A DNA stretch of 63,199 nucleotides, filler included, from Choristocarpus tenellus KU-1152 (Eukaryota; Protista; Phaeophyceae), in assembly GCA_964200185.2 (NCBI GenBank). It is 8 parts of 8 records of this genome, joined end to end, with 100 filler letters (N's around TTAATTAATTAA, not from the genome) between each part and the next. Parts side by side here need not be neighbours in the genome. Positions count along the whole stretch, not along the records: positions 49,583 to 54,757 come from CAXNAD020011610.1; positions 54,858 to 59,531 come from CAXNAD020013512.1; positions 59,632 to 63,199 come from CAXNAD020019206.1; 5 more parts are not named here. The stretch is one strand, 5' to 3'. Below, piece by piece: positions 52,026 through 63,155 of this stretch. The position numbers and the translations under genes were made by a program. The number at the start of each line of letters is the position of its first letter. Within the stretch, counting starts at the first letter, position 1. The notes under the pieces are model-generated. The model was not told the origin of the DNA. It searched no databases and was given only the letters and a program-made list of their open reading frames with translations.

Positions 52026-53973
52026 ATGGAGGCTCGAGTCTTGCGCGCTATTCGGTTCAAACGCTTGCCTATTTTCCAGCAGTTGTGCATCGAGGAAGCG
52101 CTCTTCTACAGGACTGATGACAACTGGTGAAGTTCTATACGTTTACTCATACATGTGAAGACGACTCTACTCTCCAATACTTCTCCTAGTGATGGGATGG
52201 GAGAACGAACCATTCTAGTCCGCTTTGCAGTATCAAATAGCACAGTTTGACAAACGTTTCCTGCGGTGTTGAGACGTTGATGCCTCGAAGGGCTTCAGCT
52301 ATACTTCAAATCTCATATCCTTGGTTTTCCATCTCCAGATCGAGAGATTGCAGAAGGCATTAATTCGCTCGAAGTCTACGCTTCCACTGCCAGTGCTAAA
52401 GATCATTCTTCCTGATTGACAAGGCTTGTAACATGCAAGTAGTACCCAGTCCTCCACTTACTCCACCCTGCCCTGAACTCTCAACCTGCTATGACAATAA
52501 TACATGTGACCAAGGCTGTTATTTAATGAAGGAAGCCTGAGGGGGCCTCCGACAGTGGTTTTGGGTATCTCAGGGAAGCCAGAAAAGATGTGTAACCTGG
52601 ATCTGGTACAGCGGGATAAGGTAATTGTCAATCCTGAGAGGTAGAGGCACAGGCAGGGATGGGTGATAGGATAAGCTTGTGATTGAAGTGGTATCAAATG
52701 AGCGTCCATTGCAAGTCTTGGTTGCCGTATAAGCTCGATGTAGATCTTTTCTTCACACTCCACTGTGTTTTGTTGGAAGTAGGGGCTCAACAAAATTGTT
52801 CTGCGAATCCGTACGGTAAGCCCTGCCTTGCGGCACGGTTGCACATAGCACGAGAGGATGCACGACACTGTAGGTGCATTCCGTTGCTTACAAGATCTAT
52901 GCCGAGCATTCTGTTGTGTACCTGGACTCTCGGATTGGTAGGGTTGCAAAACTAGCGCCTGTATTACTAGATGAGATCGACTACACGGCAAGCACTATCG
53001 GAGCTTCAACATTTGCGATTTAGTCTAATACATAGGGGGTGTGTATAAATGAACCTGTTGAGTTGGATGTTAACTGCAGGCCAACCTCCAACGGAAGGGA
53101 AGTGGTTACTGTTTGATGACAGAGGAGACTCCCTAACCTGTTACCCTCCCCCCAGTGAATGGAGTGACTGTAATATTTGCACACGTGTGATTGTTTTCTT
53201 GTTTTCTTGTGGGTGAGAAAAGAAGATGCACAGCCTGTTTTTAAAAGGTATTATCTAAGAAAGGTGCTGCTACATCAGCCCTACAACCAGCCAGTGCTGG
53301 TCTTAGATGAGGAGCAATAAAACCAAGGTCTGCTGTAGTTTCTTTTTCAAGGCCGGTAGCATGTTTCAATATCCTCTCGCAAGTAAATAGTCTGGTACAA
53401 AGGTTGAACCAGAAGTACAGTCCCCAACAGTTATCTATGTGTTTTACATGGCATACTTCACCGGTTTCAAGGGGGTTGATGACTCAGCAAGAGGAATCAC
53501 ATACAATACAATGCATGTTTGGCCCGAAATCTACTCAAGTAAATCAACTCACACCTGGCCATGCTGTAACGTCAACATGAACCACTCCAACTTCAAAGTT
53601 TTGCTGTTAGTGGAAGAAAGTGTTGTGTGAAACATGTAACGCAAGCACCCTCCCAGGGAAGTAGGATACCCCTCACCGGGAGCAGAGATATTGTTAGTCC
53701 CAATCCGAACTACCTNNNNNNNNNNCCCCCCCCCCCCAAGATAAGTATGGACTCCGTTCAGTCACGCACTGAAATCGCGCTGCATATACTCTGATTTTCA
53801 TAAAGTGTCCCCCTTCTTTTCTACTGACACTTCTTCTTCTTCTTCTTCTGTTTGGACTAACCCTAACCCTAAACTGTGCCGTTGAGAAGGTTCCACTGAT
53901 CAAGCGCTTCTCCGGGGGTGGCACAGTGATCGTTGACCAGAACACAGTGTTCTCAACATTGATCATGAATCAG
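52026..53973 (+). CDS. Biotin/lipoate A/B protein ligase family (lipoate-protein ligase A-like), 5' part
   Basis: Exons 52026-52126, 52515-52620 and 53890-53973 give IFQQLCIEEALFYRTDDNWLLFNEG...TVVLGISGKPEK...VPLIKRFSGGGTVIVD, containing the LplA R-x-SGGGxV motif. Confidence 0.88.
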
Positions 53974-55779
53974 GCAAGCGTTAGAACTCTCTCGTATCAA
54001 TATGTATACTCCTCTATTTGTGCAGATTCCCAGTACACATGGTTGTGGGCATGAAAACACACCCATGCGATCATCCGTGTCAAGCCTCGGGGGCACTCCC
54101 TCTTGGTTTGCCCTTGCTTTTTTGCCTCTGCCATTGCAAACACTGCCCCCATCTCCCCTACCCCCTGGGTGTCATGCACCACGTCATATTTTGGACTGAA
54201 TCTAAAGATTCATTTTTTTTTATACCGTCGACCTGGTCGGAGTGCTCTTGTGCTACGGCAGAGTACAAGCTGCTCCAGGGTACTCTGTAGCACTCTGTAC
54301 AATATATATATATACTTTTCACAAGAGTATGCATTTGTAGCCACTTCGGCAGCACGTGTTTATGGCATTGAGGAGGACATGCGCGGACTGGAGGTCCAGG
54401 TGATGGGAAAAACCGCACCTTGCACCTTGTAGAAGCACTCAGCTGTGCTGCAACAGCAGCAACCCTAACCCTAATCCCCTGTGTGCGGTTGTTGCCCTAC
54501 GCATGCCGTCTCTACAGACCAACCTCAGGATGTACCCTTTTTTGTCAAGTTCGGCAGCAGTCGGTTCACGTATGGATAGGGTTAGGACTTAGCCTCGGGT
54601 GTGGCAAAACCTAATCCTAACCCTAACCCTACATGTCAGGCGGCTACTACTCCCAACTCTTCACGGCAAATCAGAAAAGTGGAATGATGAAAAATAAAAT
54701 CCAAAAACGTGTTCAGCCTCCCCCGCCACGCAAGAAAGAATAAGCGTGTGTGTGTGGNNNNNNNNNNNNNNNNNNNNNNNNNNNNNNNNNNNNNNNNNNN
54801 NTTAATTAATTAANNNNNNNNNNNNNNNNNNNNNNNNNNNNNNNNNNNNNNNNNNNNCTGATGTTCAAGATAGGTCACCTTCAGGGTATACCTTCTGTGG
54901 AATGTGGCTCTCACATATTAAAATATTTTATTGATAGCGAACTCATTATTTCTCGAAGTGGCATCGAAGTAACTGCATCCCACTGTGTGTTTATGCATAG
55001 TAGTTGTAGTGGTGATGGTGACTGACAAGGGATTTGGTGACGTAGGATGTTGTAGTGGAGCATTCAAGGGGCAGCATGAAGTAGTATGTAGTGTTAATAG
55101 TAGTTACAGTAAGTCGGTTTCATTCTTAGTTCCAAGTTTTAAGTAATACAACAGTGACAAGATGCAATTGGACAAGATTAGTGTTTGTATGATGTATGTA
55201 TGAACACATTACTTCAAAGTATGATAACATTACGTATTACTGGTGTGGATGTTCTGCTAAGTTTCTTTGATCACAAAACATGCTACTACTCCAAGCACTT
55301 GATAATGCAAGGTATTGTTAATATTAGTAGTAGTTAATAGGTAACTTAGTTCAACTTGGTTGTTAATAGGCTGGTTAGTATTAGAGAGCACAAGCTTGCA
55401 TCGTGGATGGTGAAGGCATATATACTACGTAATAGCACACACAATAAATTGCGCATTACCTTGTGAACAACAGTAAGCATTTTTGAGCCAAAAAATTAAG
55501 AAGTAAGAAGGGTTGCATTTTAAGGATCCCGAAAATGGACGAAAAGTACCTCTTTTGTACAGGGGCAGAAAGAGCCCTTGCTTAATTGTGGGAATCACCT
55601 TACATGTAGAAGGGAGAACTTCAATATTGCGTACACTATTGTGCATGTAAAGCAATGAAATAGTGTATTGCACAGGATAAGCTAGACGACATAGAATGCA
55701 AAAGGACCCAAGCCTGTCTACCTCTCCATTGGTTTGACTGATTATTGCTCCTATACTGTATATGCAGCACAAAATAGAT

Positions 55780-56000
55780 ATTTGAAATATTTTCATTCCA
55801 ACATTGTCAATAGGAATGTCTAGGGCCAATATATGGGGCAACGTATGTGCTTGTCTCTTCAACACCTCCTCCCTGATACCTATGCAACAGTTGTTGGATT
55901 AAGTTCAAGGGTGCATTGATGATTTGAACAACACCACAGTCCGATGAGTAATGAGCCTCTATACTTGGAATGTATCTGTTGAACCGGATGATTGGGCGTA
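55780..56000 (+). mobile_element. Possible decayed non-LTR reverse transcriptase fragment
   Basis: GNVCACLFN...GCIDDL...LGMYL loosely echoes QG..LS..LFN / YADD / YLG. Weak. Confidence 0.25.
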
Positions 56001-56460
56001 TCCCAGCAAAGAACCAAACTGAGGGGTAAGTGGGTTGCATTGTAAAGATTCCCAGAAAGGGTAATATTATGGCATTTGTACAATTCCAGAAAGAGTCTTT
56101 GCCAAATTGTGGTGTCACTTAAAGAGGGAGTATCAGTTTTGGATACTAAAATACTATTCACCAAAGAAATGAGCAATGAAATAGAGTACTACACAGAGAG
56201 GGTAAGAAAGGTGGGTTAACTCGTATTGAAAATATTAACATTTTTTATCGCTGTATTATAATACTGTCGAGTAGTATTGCCGTATAAATAGTAATGTGTG
56301 TGTGCAGGCGTGCTCTGTCATCATAGTAGTATCACGATGATACGGAAAATAAGTGTAACCGTGTTTGAGCTTCGAGAATGTATACTGTTTGTGGTGCAAA
56401 GCTAGAAAGAAGTTTACCGAGACTAGTGATAAACCTCTTCTTGGGGCCTATCTGGATCAT

Positions 56461-59257
56461 ATGTACGGGAAAGTAGTCGCTGGCAGAGTGAGCGCTGCCT
56501 TCCTTTTACTTTGTTCTGCTTCCTTGCATGGCTCCGTCGCTGTCTCGGATGAGCTGTACCTGAACGTGGTTCCTGCCAACACCTCAGACTGCCTCGACAA
56601 GGTAGTCTGCAACAACGGTGATCCGGCCGCCAAGGACCCATATTTACCCTATGTCTGGGAAAATTGTATTCCGCACTTTATGCGGTCATGGCCGAATAGT
56701 GTGTCGAATTTCAGAAGCTCAAGCTACCTCCACAATCCCATTCACTTAAAAATAAAGCAAATTGCAAAAAGAAAACACCGAGCGCTGCCTGTACCCGCCC
56801 TTCTGACCTCAGATTGCATCAGTAGTATTGCAGGAATACGAGTTCCGCTATGATAGTGTCAAGGGTCGTAGGCAGCTTGGTGCAGTGGGTTCAGACGTGG
56901 AAAAGATCATCCCAGAGAGCGTGGAAATACACGAGAAGAGGGTCTTCCCCAGCCCTGTCAAGGCGAGCAAAGAAATAGCGAGATAGTCATGACTATAGTC
57001 CTACGACAAGTGCCCCTCTTGATACACCTGTCATAGATGACCAGAGGCTATATTTCGTAGCTTCCATTTTAGTTTCTATTTCTACTTCAAATAGGCGTTT
57101 CGTCAGCAGTGACCTGATCCTTGCTCCCATCTCCCTTTACTTGTACTGTTACTTGCTGTGATCGTCTCTACTATCCTACTGCGTGAATAGGGTCAACCAC
57201 CAATCACTCTAGAGAATGTATTTGTGGTGGACAAGAATGTACTGTTTATGCACAACGTTGGTGCTACGCAGGAGCTGATGAATCTTCACGAAGACCTCAA
57301 AGAACAGGCAAGGGATGAAATGATATAGGGTGGATCTATCTCCTCGACATATCCCTCAACGGATTAGCTGCGGCCCACACAGTCACCTCTTGTCTCAGTT
57401 AAGCGCAATAAGATTGCCCCGTACCTGATGCAGTGGTGTAAGGCCATAGCAACAAGCCAACACTAGATTGATCTGACGAATGGACAGATCAATGATATCC
57501 TAGAACAGGATGAGCGCATGGACTTCATTGTTGCTGAAATTGAGGCCAAGATGGTTAAAGAGGCGGAAGCACAGCTGGTGGAGCGCGCAAGGTCTGATAC
57601 GATATTTCTACCTTGAGTAAAGCTGGTAGTCCAGTCACAACATCTCCAAGCTAGGCAAATATTACATTATTAGAATTATGCATCCAAAACGACAACATAC
57701 TAGGCTAATGAGTCAGGAAATCAAATATTGTGTCAACCGTCGAGTTGATATCCCTCATTTCGCTTTACTCTCTGGGATAGGATTGTCGAAGCAGAAGCAG
57801 AGACAGCACGTCTCAGCATTGAGCTGGAGCGAGTCAGGGCAGAGGAGAAGAGAAAGACTGAAGAAGTGGAGGTGCTGTCAGATTAGACTCTTGCTCCAAA
57901 TTTGAGGCTTGTGCTGAAAGACTGTTGGACCCCTTCCTTGCAGCTACTGTCCATCATTTTTGTATGCTTTGAAGTTGGCTCTTGAACTCATTGAGGAGAC
58001 CACAGATAGGAAAACAGGCATAAAGTGTATGCCAGGTTCTCAATCTGATACACTTGCTGTTCAATTTATTTGACTGTCTTTAGGCCGATCAGCAACGGAA
58101 AGTCGTGGAGCACCAGGCCGACCTTGCAAGAGCAAAGATGGCAGCAGAAGCTGAAGCACAGAGGGCCCAAAATGAGATGCTGCTTCAATTGCAGGTGACT
58201 CTTCTTACTGAAACCTACTATTGCTATTGTGTGTGAAAAATGAGTTCTCATGCCGTGTCAAACCACCTCACTCATAGTTACTGTTGGACTCACCTGGTAC
58301 ACTTGCAGATAGGAGGTTGAGTAACTGAGACACAAGGATTGAATGTTGCAGCAGAGGAAGGGTGTTGAGGTGCAATGACCTCAATCACAAATTGCACGAA
58401 GAACAGACTTTTCTGCACTCTCTGCATGAAAACATCAACACAACGCCCTTCTTCATTTGCCCTCGGGCGACCTAGGAAGAATCAGGCAAGCGGAAAGAGA
58501 CCCTCCGAATTGAGACAGAACTGGAGTTGCGGCGGCGTCGAATGGAACAGGAGAGGGCTATGGATGCAACCAAGACACAGGTGGAATACACTCACAATTC
58601 ACTCTCCAGGGAAGCGAACAGGCCCTCAAGGCACACTTGAATCCCCTTAGACGTAAACAGAAAATTAGGCTTACTGTGCGTAAGCATTTCAAGTAGGTCT
58701 ACGGCAACCTTTTCAATTCCCCCCCTGATCAGTGCTCTGCTTTACTGTAAAAATCATGAACGAATTGCTTAGATGGAGCTAGAACGGGTCAAGATGGAGG
58801 TCCAGGCCAAATTGCAGGCAGAGAAGGAGAATGAGGATGTTACCCTCCGAAAGATACGGGCACAGGTGGGCTGTACACTTTCAATCATCAGGCACAGCAC
58901 ATTGGAATAAATTTTGCATCAACACAACTCACTTGAAAGTGTGCTTCGAAGCGTTTGATACAACATCCTACTGACAGTCTTTCCTCTGCAAAATATTCAG
59001 TCTATTCAGATTCCCCCCCAATTTCTCGTGACGGAACTCAACAGCTTGCCTAGGTCCCCACTCACTGGAACAACCTGTCAATCGACTCCTGTGTGAATAG
59101 TTCACTGACTTACCCCAAGAAAGTAGAGTGCTGCCCTCAAACTTCTCCTGAAAACTGCCGTACAGGGGGAGGAAGAGCGAAAGCGCATTCAAGAGGCAAT
59201 CAATACCATCATGATACATCTTACGTCTGCTGGGCTGGGACTCATGGCAGATCCAAG
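56461..59257 (+). CDS. ATAD3-like protein with N-terminal signal peptide and ICA/peptidase S74-like domain, 5' part (AAA domain expected beyond contig end)
   Basis: Exons 56461-56601, 56813-56962, 57191-57307, 57488-57591, 57781-57871, 58084-58194, 58476-58580, 58773-58865 and 59166-59257, all phase-compatible. Exons 1-4 resemble the MYRF ICA domain (ENVFVVDKNVLFMHNVGATQEL). Exons 5-9 resemble the ATAD3 N-terminal coiled coil (QAEKENEDVTLRKIRAQGEEERKRIQEAINT...LMADP). Confidence 0.85.
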
Positions 59258-59506
59258 GTATGGACACTATTCACCTGTCACCGCACAGATATAGTTGCTA
59301 GAGTCGTATCAACTAGCTATCTGCAAAGTCAAGAGGTGGCTTCAATTTCCATTGAACTATTGTAGACATTACGTGTGCTCGGAAATCAGTCTCTTCCTGC
59401 TGTGGATTTGTTTGTACTGATCCAATGATTGTAGAACTCCCTGAGTATTCTGTAGTGAGCTTTTTTCAATCACAGATGACTGCCAGCAACCAGGCCAAAA
59501 ACAGAA

Positions 59507-59531
59507 GACCCAAAGTATCTGGGAGGGGGGG
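59507..59531 (+). mobile_element. MITE family B left end at contig end
   Basis: GACCCAAAGTATCTGGGAGGGGGGG. Confidence 0.8.
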
Positions 59532-59631
59532 NNNNNNNNNNNNNNNNNNNNNNNNNNNNNNNNNNNNNNNNNNNNTTAATTAATTAANNNNNNNNNNNNN
59601 NNNNNNNNNNNNNNNNNNNNNNNNNNNNNNN

Positions 59632-59706
59632 ATGCACTTTTCCTGATTTTGGTTCAAATGGACACCCTGGTGTAGATCCCCCCCACCCTCCCAGATACTT
59701 TGGGTC
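59632..59706 (-). mobile_element. MITE family B fragment at contig start
   Basis: ...AAATGGACACCCTGGTGTAGATCCCCC...CCCAGATACTTTGGGTC. Confidence 0.88.
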
Positions 59707-60612
59707 TCACAGATGACAGTACTTCTTTTGTTGAAGAGTTGCACGTTTTTTGTTAGAGCGTTTCATAGAGTGCCGTTTCTCTACCATGGTAGCGTACAAC
59801 TATATTCAGTGGGCAGAATTGAAACTACACACTTCTTGTGGCATGCCATACAGACATATTCGCGTGAAGTCATGCTATCATGCTTCAACACCAGTTACCG
59901 CTCCACCAAAGCGCTAGAGGACTTCATGAAGTTGTCACTTTCTACTGCCGTGCGCAACAAACACAACTGGACGTTCGTTTTCTGGTGGACCACTTCCCTT
60001 TAGTCACAGGGTGTGGTTGACGGTAAGGGGTTCGTGCTTTTCTTAAATCACTTGGCAACTCTGTCTTGCTGTGCAATGTCCACTAGCTGAACACTTGCGT
60101 CCTGTGAAGTATGGATTTGTTTGGAGGCGTCAACAAGAAAATGACGTGCAAGTGTGTTGATCCTAGGAAGAGTTACGGAAGGATGCCGGCCCCTGTTGGG
60201 GTCTTCAGTTATTCCTCTGTAAACAACAATGGACTGATAAACGCCTGAGAGAACATGGTTCAGGATGATGAGGAGAGGTTGGACCATTTATTGCAACTAA
60301 TTCGGTGTAATGATACGAGATGTGAACATAGAACTACAATTTAGATGTTTAGAGCTATGTTCACCTCGACGTATTTAAATGGATAACAATCACTTATGTT
60401 CTGCCTACACATCATGCCACACCAATATTGCCTAGTGTTTTGTTCCCTTCCAATGTTTGCTTAGTCGCCGATTGGACAACCCAACATGCGATGCTGGATT
60501 TTTTGTTGGAGCTTAGGACCACTTTAATTTGTAGCGCCAACTATTATAGTGCAGGTTGGCGAGGACACTTACCTCAATCAGGTTCTGCACAAAATGAGTG
60601 ACATTCTGATAT

Positions 60613-60874
60613 GAGTGTGAAAGTATCTTAGAGGGTACGAGTTTTGCCCTGTTTGTCCATTTGGGGCTTCGCTTCCCATGGGTTTTATTATTACGTTTTA
60701 CCTACTCCAAAAAGTTCTGGAGTAGGGAAAATGTGTATGTTATGAGAAGGTGTGCCTGGAACAAAGATATTGACACTTCCTAACAAACACGATAGCTAAA
60801 ATTACATCAAAACTTTTACCTTGGATTTTGGTTCCCAAATGGACGCGACCCTACCCTCTAAGATAATTTGGTTC
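60613..60874 (+). mobile_element. MITE family A
   Basis: Full copy. Confidence 0.9.
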
Positions 60875-60899
60875 TAATCTTAAGGGATAAGGAGTGAAC

Positions 60900-63118
60900 A
60901 TATTCGTAGTGGAGACCTTCAAGAAGATAGTTATGACAGCAGCGGCCCACTAGATGGCCTTAACCCTGACGTCCAAACTATGATAGAGGTGATGGCGGAG
61001 GTTGTGGAAGACAAGAACCTGGTTTTGTCTTGCACCTTACCAGCGTCCTTGAAACTATTCATGGACCTCAGGTTCAAAACCTGTCGTCCGATTTTTTGCC
61101 TGTAGAGGAATCCAACCTACAGGAGAAGATGAAGACTACGAGTTGAGAAGATGTCAAGGATGTCTGTTGATAAGCACGCTTTCGTGACAAGAGAGCCCTC
61201 GAGGGGCGGAGACAATGGTTGAGCCACCACCTGCAAATAGACAAAGGGGTATAGAAATGTTTCAGCATCACAAAGCTGTACATATTGTTGCTTTTTTTGC
61301 TGGAGCTTCAAGTGCTGCTTCATCCTGCAACTCCAATACTCATCCAGGTCATGGCAGCCTTGAGGGAACTCGATCATTTCGTAGAAGGATGAAGAACAGT
61401 ATTCGGAGACCTTTAGTCTGATTTTTTGGAAAAGAGGCATGTTATACCATTCCTGACACTCCTTGCACGACTCTTCCATGGCATTGATACAACCAGTTAT
61501 CAATCAGAGCGCAATTTCGCAGATTTGTCTAATCCTGCCTCACCCCAAGGTTGAGCATGTTATGTTTTTAAAGCTCAATGAGGGTTTCATTCCTGAAATG
61601 ACGAGGGTTTTGATGAACGCCAAGCTTGATCGGGTACCTTGTGCCATAACCGAGCTTGTGGTGGCTGTACAAGTTGGAGGGGAGGTTGGTTTGATTTCCA
61701 AGCATATAAATAATGGTTCTTGTTGGGGTGGTCGTTCTGATGTGCCACAGTACTGAATTAGGTGCATCCATAAACATTGTTTGCATACTTTGCGGTGTGA
61801 ACGTTTTATAGTTCTTCTGCTAGTATATTTTCCAATTCCAGTCACTGTTAAAGCTGAAGTGTTTAGTACAATACGGACTGTATGATCTATTCATGGATTT
61901 GACAAATTTTATCTTGTCGATACTCACCCCTCCTCCACCCCAAAACTAATAACTACGTCTGCTCCATTGCATCATCCACAGTGCATGCCCATTTTTGTTG
62001 AAGTATGCGTAACATCGACTATGTGCATGTAGAAGTATATATACTAAGATAATTTTATTTTTCTCCTTTTTGTTGTACAGGAAGATTGATAACTTGCTCT
62101 ACATGAGCATAATTTACCTGTCGTATACACAAGATGCCAGAGAAGGATTTCTTGCGCTCCGCCCTCCAAGTTATAGTTAGTTACGATTGAAACGTTCAAT
62201 GCTCTTATCCCTTGTATATTTCATATAATCACACCACAAAGAACTCAACGCTGCAATCTACGTTCATGAATATTCTGGATAGAAAAAGTTCGGAGTGCTG
62301 AACCACAAAAAGATGTGAGGGTCCCATAAAGAGTACATGTTACAAAACACTCTGCAAGGTTAACATGATAGGATATGTTGCCCTAATCCATGAGAATGCA
62401 TGTGGTCCATGAAGCTTGTACAAGGCTCCGTGATACACAAGTCGTCGAGTATGCTGGATCTCTCACTTCGATTATTCCCTTCATAAGTATCAATCATCAT
62501 ATAAAATGGAACTGTTCGACAATGTCCTATCTCAGTGGGCGACCAAAAGGACCAAGAATATATAGTCAAGAAGTACAAATATATCAAATCTGGGACTTCA
62601 AGGTCATAATGGCGTTTATGAAACCGCCATCAAGACATATCGCCTGTAAGGTACATGTATAGCAGTGGGGGTTTTGAGGTTTACGAAACATTCTAAGTTG
62701 ATATGATACTGCTGTCACAAGAACAGTTCAGAATCCCCGCCATTGCCGTACATACCCGTTGAAGGGTCATCCCGTCGTTATCATTGATTGTGGGGAGAAT
62801 AGATGCAACCGAAACCGTGCTGTCAAAATTATAGCTCCAACCGTAGACTGGAACATGCTGGAAGATCAAATCTATTCTACCACGGTAACCCTATTGTAGA
62901 CATTTTCTTGTACACACTACGTAGCAAGATGTTTTTTCAAAACTGAACCGACCATTGAAATTCCCTCCTCGTAACCGTTTCTTACCGTTTCAAGGCAACC
63001 ACGGTTTTTGTCGCCGTATCAACATACCTCACTTTTGCATAAACCTTACATATGATTGGACCAACCTTCACGGCCAGAAACCGACTGAACGGTGAAAGTA
63101 TAATCGTGTAGGTCCCTG
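60900..63118 (+). mobile_element. hAT DNA transposon remnant (transposase C-terminus and probable right end)
   Basis: LFMDLRFK near 61055. FW.../FLTLLARLFHGIDTTSYQSERNF and PKVEHVMFLKLN (61424-61579) match the hAT dimerisation domain. AACCG/CGGT-rich subterminal region at 62800-63095 ends in GGTCCCTG at 63118 (CAGGG-type TIR). The right-end assignment is tentative. Confidence 0.7.
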
Positions 63119-63155
63119 CCATATGTCCAAAAGGTAGCAAGCGAAAAGCGCTTTT

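Noticed and set aside
59507-59706. One family B element spanning the spacer (also at 30623-30971)
   Set aside because: The two sides show the same end in opposite orientations, so they are separate copies.
59800-60290. Cys-rich minus-strand segment resembling a piggyBac C-terminus
   Set aside because: Too degraded to assign without a profile search.
2734-60874. MITEs acting as introners (intron-generating elements)
   Set aside because: Their ends do not coincide with any predicted splice site. All copies lie inside larger introns or intergenic DNA.
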